From Phoronis australis (taxonomy: Eukaryota; Animalia; Phoronida): DNA of 64,000 bases. Position numbers and translations under genes: made by a program. The notes under the pieces are model-generated. The model was not told the DNA's origin. It worked only from the letters and a program-made list of their open reading frames with translations, and ran no database searches. Shown piece by piece: positions 1 through 12,498 of this stretch (positions are counted from its first letter, which is position 1; every line of letters starts with the position of its first letter). The DNA lies in assembly GCA_002633005.1 (NCBI GenBank), contig NMRA01000286.1, positions 96,067-160,066 of the forward strand, in the 5' to 3' direction.

Positions 1-171
1 AAATACAGCCATTTCCTAACAGCATTTTGGAGAGAATTGTGCAGAAAGCTTAATATCTGAAAGTCTCATATGCATGCGATCAGAAATTTCTGAGACATAA
101 TTTTTCCTCTGTTTGCCTTATTTGGACATTTTGTCGGGTCCTTCGTAACCTTTATGTCTATACCAGTAGTA

Positions 172-331
172 ATAGTCACTCGTATTTAGTGGCTCCTAAC
201 CTAGTGTCAGGTCATCTCACTGTTTTTCACTGTTTGCATGTTTCAGGACAGATAGTCACTTTTCTTGAGTGGCTCTTAACCTGTTGTCAGCTCATCTGAC
301 TGCATATCACTGTTTGCATATTTCAGGGCAG
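172..331 (+). repeat. ~80-bp tandem duplication (2 diverged units) including the splice acceptor
   Basis: atagtcact...agtggctc.taacct...gtcag.tcatct.actg...tcactgtttgcat.tttcagg.cag occurs at 172-251 and 252-331. Confidence 0.75.
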
Positions 332-370
332 AAACAGAGAAGGGATTATCAAGAAAGCATATCATTGAAG
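327..370 (+). CDS. KCNAB2: Voltage-gated K+ channel beta subunit (Kv-beta/Hyperkinetic-like), internal exon; gene starts upstream of window
   Basis: tttcag|G GCA GAA...GAA G|gtattg encodes AETEKGLSRKHIIE, the conserved Kv-beta 'GLSRKHIIEG' motif. Confidence 0.9.
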
Positions 371-799
371 GTATTGGCTTGTCTACTGTCCAGTTTTAGC
401 CTTTTTACATTAAATTCTTGCCAATTTAATTGCTAAAATTGTCTGTTTTTCATGTTTGAAAGGCCTGCTGTGTTGTTAATACCCGTGGCTTCTCAAAACA
501 TTGCCCAATGTTGAACTTTTAAAGGCTGATGAAGCCTTTATCGTGTGTTGCTTATCTTTAATGAAAAAATGAAGAAATTAAATTCCACTTGTCCATCATT
601 TTGTGTCCTAGATTGGTGGGTTTTTACCGTAAAGGACATCAACTCTGATTTTATCACTTAATAAGTCTTTGAATCAAACGTTACATTAACTTCGAACATG
701 TTCAAAGACATTCTGCAAAATTTTGCTCAATTTGTAAACATCGTTTTGACTGTCATTTGTGGTCTAATCACTCTCTTCCATTTTGTCTTGATTGACCAG

Positions 800-886
800 G
801 TCTTCGCGGTTCATTGGACCGACTACAACTCGAGTACGTAGACCTTGTGTTTGCCAACAAACCTGACCCAACCACACCCATGGAAG
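800..886 (+). CDS. KCNAB2: Kv-beta exon
   Basis: ccag|...|gtaag; [29 protein letters not shown], an AKR/Kv-beta motif; phase 1-1. Confidence 0.93.
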
Positions 887-3341
887 GTAAGCTGCCAAAG
901 GAGGTGGGCCGCAAGGAAAAGGTGGAAGGTAGGAAAATGGCCAGAAAAATTACCTTCAACTGACCAGTACTGGGTAACATCTCGGTGTGTGGCTTCCAGG
1001 AAGTTCCCCTGGCTAGTGATTGTATCATGTAGGCACTGTTGTCTTTATCAAGATTGGGAAATTTGTGAAAATTAGTTGAGTTATGGGCTTTGTTACCTGT
1101 GTGAAAGCAGGGTACATTCTGTTTACTGGTTTTGTTATCTGCTTATTTTTGTTTGTAAACTTTATGTTGCATTTCTTGCCTTATTTTCATTAAGAACATC
1201 CTTTGATTGAACATTAAAGCCTATCACTGCAATAATAAAGTAAAACCTAAATCTCAAATTTGCAGTGCAACTCCGGCCACAAAAGCAACCAAAAAACTCC
1301 ATTCGGTATGGTTGACAATGTTTGGAGTGTTCCTTGCTCTCTGAAAAAGCTCTGTTGATAAAATATGACTGAAAAATTATTCTCTTTTGACTACTAAAAG
1401 TTCATGACTTGTGTAATGGGGTTATCATTATATTGATCAAGTTTCATAATTCTGCTATTCACAGACTGAGGTATCTTTTGTCATCAGTTCTTATTTTTTG
1501 GATGCCTTGGGTAGCTGTTTTTTTTCACCCGCAAATGGTATTGATTTTTACCTCAGAACGGCAAATTTAGGATCAAAGAGTCACCTGACATTCATGTTGT
1601 CTAAATGTAGGCCTATTTAGGAATGTTCACCTTTCATTGCCTGCTTTAATTCATCTGTCTATAGCGTTCCCAATGCTACAAAATGATTGTATACATGGGC
1701 AGTATTACATGATTGCTAACTTCTGTCTCAATTAATCAGTCATTGATTGCATGCAATGCTTTGGTTTCTTTACATATTACTAATTTTGTTGATTTAACAT
1801 GCTCTGGATATTCAGTTGTAACAATGGAAAATTTTGTAAGCATTCTCAGTGTTGTAACGAAGGTTTGCTGCTAAAATGGTTCGTGGTTTGATTTATAGTG
1901 TTACCGTTCGTGGCTGCAAATGATTACAGTAAACTGTAAATATTCTTCAATTTATCCTACAAATGAGCCAGACAAGAGTAATGTCGGATTTCAAATTTCT
2001 CTGAAAAATGTACAAAAAATCTTAAAAATTATCGGGGCTCAAGCTGTTTACCGTGATCATGGTTAATAGAAAAACATGTTTGTAAATTTTGTTTGTTAAA
2101 CAGAATCGAAATGGATTTTCAATGTTATCACTGAAATGAAAATTGAGTTAAAAACAGGATGCAAAGCTCCATGAGGTACTAAGTCAGATAGAAAAGGCAT
2201 GAACACCATGATTGTCCATCCAAAGAGTGTTATGGCTTGATTTTTGGTTTTTATTGATTTTTTGATTTTATGGCAGCTAATATAGGTTTATTTGTCTTTT
2301 CTGAGAAAAAAGCAAATAAGCAACGGTATAGGCAAAATACAAAATCAAACCAAAATTGTTGTGATCTGTTTCATCCCTTACAAATACACAGTACATTTAG
2401 AAAAATAAACTTTGTGATTTGTTTAGTACTGTGTGTGTGTTTGTGACTCTAAACAGTTGTTGGTAAAAGCTCATAGCACTGGGTAATATCAGTAAGACAA
2501 TTTTGGTTGCTTGCAATTGGGAGTTCCCTTGTATATCTAGCCTAGTGTTGCTTGTATATGTTGTGATGGCCCGGTTCATAGTAGTGTGATACTGCTGAAG
2601 TGTTATTCAGTACTGGTCCAGTTCAAATGTTCACACCAAATTTCATTTTCTCATTTGTTTTTTCATTTTGTCACACTCAACTTGTTTGGTCATACTTGTG
2701 TGATCTTTGGCAATCATTTGATGAACTATCTTTTTGTGTACTTCAGATTTTTCTGCCATTTTTATCACCTTTTCACTTCATTATCTTTGTGTGTTCTTCA
2801 ATTTTGCCTGTGTGTTTTTCAACTTCAGTTGATTTACAAAAGTCACTTAATGTATTTTACATCTTTTTCTGTTCAGGTTTTAACAAATAATGAAATGTAA
2901 TTTGCACTTTCTTATTTTTAAATTGTTTTTTGCCTAAACATTAACTTTATGCAGTAGCATTATGTAATGTTTGTAACTTGTAAAAAATTAGATTGAGCAT
3001 TCTCGTATTCGTATATTACTTTCCTGGTCAATTTCATGTGCATTATGTTCTGTTTAGACCATAACTTCCACATGGCACAAACAAACAAACATGGTGCAAG
3101 ACGGTCGGTGTCAGTGTCCATTCACATGGCTTTCTAAGAATCTGTTGGCAAGGGAAAGCATTTGATCAAATTTACTACTTTTCACATATTAATTACATTT
3201 TGTCACAAAGGAATGCCCTATGTCATAAATGTTGTGGAATGTAATGTAGAGGATTGCTTTTTCGACTCTACATTTAGACGCGAAGTATAATGATTAAGTG
3301 GAGCTTGCAGGCAACTGTGTGTAATGATACACTTACACTAT

Positions 3342-3403
3342 CATGGGCGGCGCAGCACTGAAATAAGTGGGGGGCTATAGCCCCCTATGGTGCGCCGCCC
3401 ATG
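3342..3403. mobile_element. 62-bp palindromic micro-MITE (CA..TG ends, GGCGG-type TIR)
   Basis: Perfect 13-bp TIR catgggcggcgca / tgcgccgcccatg around an internal palindrome gggggctatagccccc. Confidence 0.65.
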
Positions 3404-3548
3404 ACTGAGTTATGGTGTGGCAGCACTGTGCCAGAGATGTCGTGAAGATGTTGGTCGTTTTTTTGCACCACTTGTGTACAAATATAAAATGGCCTCTCTG
3501 GGTCACAGGCTTTTTGCTGTCTAACTGATGATTGATGAATTTTGACAG

Positions 3549-3634
3549 AGATTGTGCGCGCTTTCACCCACATCATAAATCAGGGTTGGGCCATGTACTG
3601 GGGTACATCTCGGTGGTCAACTGCTGAAATCATG
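3549..3634 (+). CDS. KCNAB2: Kv-beta exon
   Basis: gacag|AG ATT...ATG|gtgagt; [29 protein letters not shown]. Confidence 0.93.
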
Positions 3635-3893
3635 GTGAGTCAGAGGTATTTGTTGTTGTCACGTCATTTTGGACGAATGCATTTTGTGCTTATTCAAATA
3701 TCGTAGGGCTCGTCCCTTAAAACTCGTTCTTAGAACGTCTGAACCAGTCTTAAAATTTTTGATGAAACTGGCTGGGGACTGGCAACTTTGACCTAAAAAC
3801 ACGCCTCCAATGCAATACCATCCAGGTTTTTTGCAATCCTTAGTCCGTCCCATCCTAGTTTTGGTCCTATTATGGAGATTACTCTGAGAATTA

Positions 3894-5403
3894 CCGTATT
3901 CGCCCTAATAAGTGGCCATGCTCCTATAAGCTCCCCCGCACGTGTTTTCAGACTTTGCTGAAATAAGCGCCCCAGCCCATGAACGTGTACATGCGAAAAA
4001 TGCCTTACCTATATTTCTGAAGTTCTACAGTTACGTCTTCAATTTATCAATAAAATCTGGCAGTCCTGAAAAAATCATTGTGGACGTAATTTCTAGACCA
4101 CCAGCCTCGCCGCTGTGTTGGTATTTAGCCGTGACTATTCACTTCAAACTTCCACCGTTCTTCAAAAAGAACGTAAAAGATTTGCTGACCTTGCGAGGTA
4201 CATGTCCCACTATGGTGTGGCCTTTCAGAACAGACACAACGTACTTGTCAACTGGATTGTATCTTTCTCGTACAGATTCCACATCTCCCTCAGCAGGAAC
4301 TTAAATTTCTTTGTAAGCCTACATGTGAAAACTATGAAGTGAGGAATAATAAAAAACTTGATCAGTCATCGCAGACATTAGTCTATGGGAACTATCTATT
4401 CATGAAACGAGTAGCATAGCATTGGCAAGAAATAAATATTCATTTGGCACTAATTTCTGAAAGTTTCTAATACCGTAAAAAACTTTTGTGTTATTTTTAA
4501 TAGGAATTATTTAATTAATCATTGTGTTTTTTTAAGTCAAATATCTGAGTGATAAAACAACCCACTGATATTGAACACTTGCGCACCCTTACATCTGAAT
4601 ATCCTGGAAAATAACTGTTAGACTGTCACGCATCCAGTGGTCCGGCTACTCAATAACACTTAATATTGGCCTTAGCGAGACAATTCTCAAACGTTTTTTA
4701 TCAGATGATACTTGCAAGTGCTAAATGAAACGTTGCAATTTACTGCTTGAATGTGTTAATTTCTTTATTTACAATGCATGCCTTAAGATCGTTACATTGG
4801 TTTTACTCTCGACTGACAAATGAACTCTGATGATAGGCATGCGCTTGCTCACTCACACCCATGCAGACAAACTTCTAAACAAATGTCATGTGACAACGAT
4901 CGATGTGTGTTCATCAAGAGATTTCTTGTTGCGGGGTACAATCTAGCGCAGATTTGGTCTTATCTTGCGGTTACGGTAATCCCGAAATCCACAGGAACTT
5001 AAAAATCTTAGGGATTCTATTTAGAAAACTTAAGGAGGATTTCAGGCAATTTGTTGATTCGAAACTGTCGAAACTGTATTTTCATTCAAGAATTCAAGTT
5101 GCCCTATGGACGATTGCAAGGCAGTGATGCATCAGTCGGCGAGTTTTCACCCCGGAATTTTAGCACAATTTTCTGAAAAATGATTGTGATTTAACAACAA
5201 AGTATGGTAGCAATGTTTCACAATTTTGTAGAAAGTCTGCCATAGATTACAGATACGTCACAGAGCTCAAATTTGATGAATCCTAGCTTCCGATTTCCCC
5301 GGTTTCGGAGACTGGGTTTCAACCACCTTAGGCTACAATAAGTGACCCCTCCCTTGAAAAAATTTCTAAGCGCCCTGGGTGCTTATTAAGAAGGAAAATA
5401 CGG
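3894..5403. mobile_element. Non-autonomous Tc1/mariner(pogo)-like element
   Basis: Ends ta|ccgtatt...taataag and cttatta...aatacgg|tc form degenerate TIRs typical of TA-flanked MITEs; no transposase ORF recognised. Confidence 0.5.
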
Positions 5404-5643
5404 TCATGCCAATAATATTGTCAGTGCTGATGTTCAATTCAAGTCTTCAATTTTGGTAATACTATTTTATTGTTATAATTGTAATGTCAACTTCTACTAT
5501 CTTTTATGTAGTCTCAGTGATTTGTACATTCTATTTTGAAAATAGGTTACAACTACTGTGAGGGAGCCTGACTATTTTTGTTCACACTAACTCAGTCTTT
5601 TGTGACCACATCTATTTTGGCTCCCTGTCAAAGAGTAGGTGCT

Positions 5644-7779
5644 CTGATACACTGTAAAATATAACAATTGCTAAGCCTCTCTTAAAATGTAACAAGTTGT
5701 TACATTTTACATAGTTGTTACATTTCACATCAGAGGCACATGGGAGAAATCTACCATTGTTACATTTTACGAAACCCAGTCATATTTCAAAGAAAATGAC
5801 CAAAATCACGAACAAGTGGTATCTGACACGGCTGTGGGTACTGGAGTATTTTCAGACGAGGAGTGTCGCCCGAAAAATTTGAATACTTGCCCATTTAGAG
5901 AGTGGGCTCGTACAAAAAGTGACCCATTTAGAGACTATTTTGTGTAAAACCTCTCATTTTCGCATACTTGTGTTCCAGAAATTCAGGAAAGGCACCTTTT
6001 AGTTTTGTCAAAAATGACACCATTTTGCAGAGTATTTTTTCTGTGAAAAAACACCCTTTTGGGCTGACACGACATGAATTTGGCTACCTATTATCATTTT
6101 TATTAGTATTACATTACTATCACTACTGTCACTACTATTACTCGTTATCATTTTTGTTATCATTATTATTATTTTTAAATTTATTTAACAAGGAAACAAT
6201 GATCCCAGTTTAGTAAAGTGCTAATACATCATGGACATCAAAGATTTTAAAATCATCTCATTTATTGTTCAATGTTGTCATCAAGCTTTCCATAGTGGAC
6301 AGCGAGTGCTGTCCCAATAGGATTTTAATAGGGCTCCTAAGTTCAGCTTTAACGATATTGTGAGTAACGTCTTGACAGCTGTGGATGCAGAGTACGCCTA
6401 CGTTTTGGAAATGAGGAGGTTAAGATTTAAAATCTTGTTTAGACGAGTACCAAATTCAAAAATTGATTATTTCTGAACTATCGGCAAGCACTGTATTATT
6501 TGTAAATATAACTATGTCCATCTGTAGTTTGCCACGAAGAACTGAATTCAGACCGCAAAATTGTCTCTTGTTGAAAACATTCCTTGTCAGAGAACTGATG
6601 TGTAAGTTCAAAATTGCGTTACGTTGAAATCTGGACGCAGACATTTTGCAGTCACCGGCTCATTAGAATAGCGTGTAACAGACATACAAGACACGCAACA
6701 ATTTTATGTGGAATGAGCCCCAATATTGTATGGAACAGAAACCGCCAACGTCGAAGTCAGCGATGTTTAATATGAGCTTTTAATATATGCAATGCATCAA
6801 AAGGATTAATATACCAAATTCCCTTATCTGCGAGCTACAACACAAAAATGGCGCCTCATAAGACACGTGACTTCACGTCCATTATTAATAGAATTTCCAA
6901 TCTTTATCCTTATTTATATGTACTTCAAACTAACGACCATTGGCCAAATAGCAAATATAATTCATATTTTATCTTAAAAGGTAATAGAAAGAGAAATTGC
7001 ATGTTTTTATAGTCCGAAAGCCCAACAGTCAGCTTTTTGGACCATTGCCCCTTTAAACTATAGACCTAGACCAGGAGCAAAATGATCATGTCCCTTCAGA
7101 GTGCTAGGCATCCCATTTTTACGTTTACACGCCACGGTTTGACCTGTTGTTACTACCACTATTTCAGACAGGTTTGACATCGTAGGAACAATGATATTTC
7201 TTTCGTTACTATGCCGCCACTTTTTTTGAACTAATGGCTCGCCCTTTTCAACAGCGATATTTTACTTTTTTCTTTGGCAAAATCTGTCAACCTGCCTGCA
7301 AATAAATATGTGCTTTTATTTCCTTCCACGACCACAATAGCGTCAACAAACTTTAGCGATAAAATACTTGTTACCTGATCCTGGAAACTCCTTTCGTGTG
7401 GAGTTGAAACTGTGCGCTGTACATTTTTTAATATACCCTTAAACTACTCATGTTCAAAAAACCATGGAAAGTACAAAGGACACATGTATAAAGTCAACCT
7501 GGCACATTTGATAGAATTTCATTCACACAATCCGAGAAAAAAGGCGTTAGGTGCGTGAACGGTTTTCGTCCGTGTGACAAATACCTTGCAAACTCATGAA
7601 ATATGACATTGCCTTTAATGGTACATTTCTCATGTGCATTGATGTAAATTGTAACAATTACATAAAATGTAACAACTTGTTACATTTTAGGAGAGGCTTA
7701 GCAATGTGAAATCTAACAATAACATAAAATGTAACAGTTGTTACATTTTACGAAATTGTTACATTTTACAGGGTATCAG
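5644..7779. mobile_element. Foldback-like DNA element with long modular TIRs and a 4-bp TSD
   Basis: ctgatac.ctgtaaaat.taacaatt...gctaagcctctc.taaaatgtaacaagttgttacatttta is mirrored at ~7639-7779; flanked by tgct on both sides (5640-5643, 7780-7783). Confidence 0.7.
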
Positions 7780-7948
7780 TGCTCTCCTAACTTTGTCAAA
7801 AAGTCTGGCTATTACATGCTTATCACAGTAGAGTTTGTGTGATGCAGTTGTAACAGTGTACACCACAAAATATTTGCCCCAAAAACTTACTTACCGGTAA
7901 GTCCTCTTTCACCACAGCAGGCCACAGAAATAGAGCAATCTGTTTGCC

Positions 7949-9428
7949 TTTTTATTATGCGCCCACATATTTATATGTGGACGCATTATGCCGTCATCTC
8001 CGTCCGTCCGGGCGGCGTCCGTCCGGCGTCCGCTGCTTTATCTCCAAAACCCTTTGACATACGTTCATGAAATTTGGCACATATGTTCCATTCATGAATG
8101 GGACGGCATGTGCGAACTTTTGGACGGATCCGACTACCGGTGTGCCCCCTAGTGGCAATTTTAGTTTTTTACGCTTACCTTAAAGTTTGTATCTTCAAAA
8201 GTGTAGGCACCTATTAGTGAGATGACGCTATCCTCCCATTTTCAGATGGATTCGACATAGTTTGTGCCACCTAGTGGCCATTTTTACTGTTTTCGAGTCT
8301 GTAATTTTGCGTCCACCCCTCTATCAACCAAACCGCTCAAAGGAAGATTGTGAAAATTGGCATATATGTGCTTATTATAAAGAGGACAGCTGACAATGAT
8401 TTTCAGACGATTTGGACTACTGTGGCGCCTCCTAGTGGCAGTTTTGTTTTTTGCGCCTATGGCTGTATCTCCTAAACCGTTCGCAGGATCTTTACGAAAT
8501 TTAATAAGTGTATTTATATGATGTAAACAACAGACGATGACGACTTTTGGACGGATCCGCCTACCAGTGTGCCCCCTAGTGGCAATTTTATTTTTTTATG
8601 TTTTCCTCTGTATCTTCACAAGTCCTTAACGGATTTTCATGAAATTTAGTATGTAAGCACCTATTAGTGCGATGACGCTATCCTCCCGTTTTCGGATGGA
8701 TTCGACCTAGTTTGCGACACCCAGTGGCCATTTTTACTGTTTTTGAGTCTGTTTTTTGGCGTCCACCCCTTTATCAACCAAACCGCTCTAAGTATGATTG
8801 TGAAAATTGGCATGTATTTTCTTACTATGAAGAGGACGGTTGACGCTGAATTTCCCATGACTTTTATTACTGTGGCACCTCCTAGTGGTAGTTTTTCTTG
8901 CGCCCATGGCTGTATCTCCCAAACCGTTTGCAGGATCTTTACTAAATTTAGCAAGTGTTTTTGTGTGATGTTGACAACGGACGATGACGACTTTAGGATG
9001 GTTCTGACTACCGGTATGCCTCTAGTGGTAATTTTAGTATTTTACATTGATCTCTGTATTTTCATAGGTCTTCAGGTGTATACTTTGTGTTACTTCGTGA
9101 CTATGAAGGAAAAGTTCCAAGTAGAAATTTGTTTCTGGCATTCTAATGCTGTGCTAATCTCGTATGTTGGTAAATTTGTTTTTAATTCTATGTTTCCGTG
9201 GTGCTTTAAGCAACTGATGTATAGGATGTGCTTGTATTATGAAGATCACTCTCATTTTGCCCCTAGCCTATTGAGGAGACAATGACCATGCCTTTCCATT
9301 TTGCAAAGTACAACATACTACATATATGCCCTCTACTGGCCACTTTATGGTACCAATAAACAACCCTAGAAGGATACCGTATACGGTGCAATTGTGGGCG
9401 CATTTCAACGGTCTGCGTTGCTCTTGTT
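7949..9428 (+). mobile_element. HINE/DINE-1/pearl-like non-autonomous (Helentron-associated) element, apparently full length
   Basis: T-run start, 5' stem-loop atgcgcccac...gtggacgcat, (ccgt)n microsatellite, internal ~430-450-bp tandem core repeats, 3' subTIR gtgggcgcat (9394-9403), then caacg...cgttg hairpin and TT. Confidence 0.75.
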
Positions 9429-9430
9429 AA

Positions 9431-9963
9431 GGTTATGGGGACCCTAGAGAAATGTCCAAACTTGTCAAACTTCGGAACATCGTAACTCAGAAATGACTGA
9501 TCAGATCCATTTGAAACTTTTAGAGACAATGTTTTATGTACTTTTCTCCAAACTACTTTTAGGATTGTTTTTAAAATGTTCCAAATTTGCATGAGGGATT
9601 ATTAAACATAAGACTTTCGTGATTTTCTTAGAAAACCCTAAAAGTTGCATAAAACAAAAATGAAAGGTAATTTAGAAAAAAACAAAAATGAAAGGTAATT
9701 TAGAAAAAAAAAAAATGAAAGGTAATTTTGGAAACTGTAAGAGTGTACTTGAGATAACATCTTTAAATTTAGTCGAAACATGTCATTGATACTCATTGTT
9801 TTGCTGTTATTGTACCTTTCTTTCGCGCTAATTAAAATTTTACTGAAGATGTTTTGTTGCTTGGCTGATTGGTAAAAAATTCAAAAAATCAAATTCTGTC
9901 GGCTTTTATTTGTTTTGTTATTTGGCTAAATGCACACAATTATCAATAATTTCCTACCAATCC
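9431..9963. mobile_element. TTAA-flanked (Kolobok-like) non-autonomous element
   Basis: ttaa|ggttatggg ... ccaatcc|ttaa; a diverged reverse-complement copy lies at ~54440-54790. Confidence 0.55.
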
Positions 9964-10073
9964 TTAAGTCACATTTTGCACATCACTCTTTCACATAGGC
10001 CACAGAAATAGGGCAATCTGTCTGCTTTTTTACTAAACTATGTGGTTTTTACTTTTAATTAATTGTAATCTAG

Positions 10074-10194
10074 GAAGCCTACTCCGTGGCAAGACAGTTC
10101 AACTTGATCCCTCCAATAGCCGAACAGTCGGAGTACCATCTGTTCCAGAGAGAGAAAGTGGAGACACAGCTGCCAGAAATGTACCATAAAATAG
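10074..10194 (+). CDS. KCNAB2: Kv-beta exon
   Basis: ctag|GAA GCC...ATA G|gtac; [40 protein letters not shown]. Confidence 0.93.
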
Positions 10195-10496
10195 GTACTC
10201 GTTAGACATTGAACTCATGTGGATAGGGTTGTTAGAGATGTGCTATAAACGGGGTACTCACTGTCTTATTGTGTAGTTATGTTTATGCGACTTGTACCAA
10301 CATATTTATTCACTTGCTTATCATGTAGAATTGGTTATTAATTAAAAGTTGATTTTGTATAATTTACCAGACAACTCTTAGAAATATACTACAACCGTGA
10401 GTCTAACATTTATAAAAATTTGTAACGCTGTTGATGTGATTTAATATTAAAATATCATGCCAGATGAATTCCCAAACACTCCATTGTTACCTGCAG

Positions 10497-10591
10497 GATT
10501 GGGAACAATCGGGTGGTCACCTTTAGCATGTGGAATACTGACTGGCAAGTACGATGATGGTATACCCATTTATTCACGGGCAGCATTAAAG
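10497..10591 (+). CDS. KCNAB2: Kv-beta exon
   Basis: ctgcag|...AAG|gtgag; [32 protein letters not shown] (NADPH-binding WSPLA motif). Confidence 0.93.
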
Positions 10592-12027
10592 GTGAGTTTG
10601 TGAACAGTACTGTCAGATGGCTTAAGTTTTGTTTTTTTTGCGCAACCCTAGTCGAACAACTGTGACCTAACATCCGTGCAGGATAACTCCCAGGCTAAAC
10701 TTAACAAGTAGCCAGCCAGCTAGCTGTATGACGACTATCGTCAAAATACAGCTAGGTACCACTGTGTGCTCAGTGCCGACAGACCTCGAAATTGCACACA
10801 GCCAGGGTAGTTCTGCTTGTCACCTCGCTGTGAAACTTGTATCAACATGTAGAGCTAAAACCAGTGGGGGCGCATGCAAAATCTGGGAATCAACCGACAC
10901 TCATCTTGCCCGTTACAGCCGTTTAAGAGGAAAACAATCTAATAAACATCATTTTCTTGGCTAATGTGTAATTCTCCGCCTTTTGTATATCGTCGGTTTG
11001 AAAACAGTATGCTCGTGTCGCTCGCACGCGCCATTCCATAATTTTTTGCAACATCTCTCGGGAGATGATGACAGCTTCGCAACAGCAAAATTCTAAAAAC
11101 TGAAACCAGTTCCGACAATTTGTTGTGATGGGTATGCAACCTCATGGAAGCAGAACAGTTTAATGAAGAATCGGCGGAAAAAGAATACATCCAATAGGTG
11201 ACGCAATATTTCATGGCGCCAAAAGCTGATGAAAAAAACAGCGCTCCACAACTTTAACAGCAGAGTGATCACTTATGGTAGAACACGACTTTTTCCAACT
11301 ATTAAATAATTAAGTTTAAGAGTGCAGTTTTTAATGACGCTAATTTTGTGTCAGATTTTATCTGGTCATTTTTTACCCACTTGGTGCAAAACTGTATGTT
11401 TAGTACACAGCTTTGCACCAAGGCTTTACTTAACACGCACTATTTTGATTGGGTTCATTTCTCTCATACATGGAAAATACCTGTCTAAAATTTTGATTTT
11501 TAATTCTGTTTGTTTAATGATGTATATAGTGTTCACTGTTATTGTATGTCTCCGGGAAGCAGAGCTTTTTGATCTGGAGCTTTATTTATGGTGTTGAGTG
11601 ACGAAACTGTGCCACTGTAATGTTTGAACACTTGAGTCGTGTTTGGTCATTGGATCAAGCAGAAGTTCTAAACTTCAAACTGCAATATATCAAATGAGCA
11701 GTGGCTCGTGTAGCAAGCAATCAGTGAACTCCATTCAGTCTATGGTGTTGTCATGCGTAACACAAACTGGCAGTAGTAAACAATTAGAACAAAAGGTTCC
11801 ATTCCAAAACACGGACCAAAGATGGCGCTGCATAGGGAAGGGGAAGTTCTAAGTAGAAAGATCCACTTGACTATCGTACATTTGAAGTCATACTTTGTAG
11901 AATTACAGGCCATTAAAAGTTAAAATGGACTTTTCTGTCAATTAACTGTGAACATGTTTTGCGTGATATCAGATTCTTTAAGGACAAAATGCACTGACTA
12001 TTACTCATCTCTGCTCTTACCTTATAG

Positions 12028-12237
12028 AATTACGGGTGGTTGAAGGACAAAATTCTCAGTGAAGACGGTAGACGTCAGCAGGCTAAGCTCCGTGAGTTGT
12101 CAATCATCGCTGACCGTATCGGCTGCTCGCTAGCCCAACTGTCTATAGCCTGGTGTTTGAAGAATGAGTTTATCCATTGTGTGATGCTGGGAGCATCAAC
12201 GGTAGACCAGCTGTATGAAGACATTCGAGCACTACAG
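12028..12237 (+). CDS. KCNAB2: Kv-beta exon
   Basis: ttatag|AAT TAC GGG TGG...CAG|gtgag; [47 protein letters not shown]...LGAS...ALQ. Confidence 0.93.
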
Positions 12238-12498
12238 GTGAGATTATGCGATGCTGGTATAATCAGCTTCTTTCTTAGTAATGTTGTTGCATTTCTAAAT
12301 GAGGCCAACGTAATGAGTTTCCTAACTTTAGGACAAAGGAGATTTCTGTGCAGGACAGTCCTGTTGCCTTTTTCTGAAGTTTTCAAGCTGAGCAGAGGGA
12401 TTGCTTTTGATACTTGTTGGACTGATATTTATGACTCAAAAGTTTATTACTGACATCTGTCACTGCTGGTTTGTCATTTGTCATGTTTTTGTCAACAG

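Noticed and set aside
1266-1305. AG..GT-bounded microexon in the Kv-beta intron
   Set aside because: 40 nt, frame-shifting, and with no supporting homology
3942-4304. 120-aa ORF as a possible transposase
   Set aside because: No HTH or DDE motifs; it starts at a non-ATG codon inside a non-autonomous element
8743-9285. 180-aa ORF (and the opposing 96-aa ORF)
   Set aside because: They lie within the tandem core repeats of the HINE-like element and show no Rep/helicase or transposase motifs
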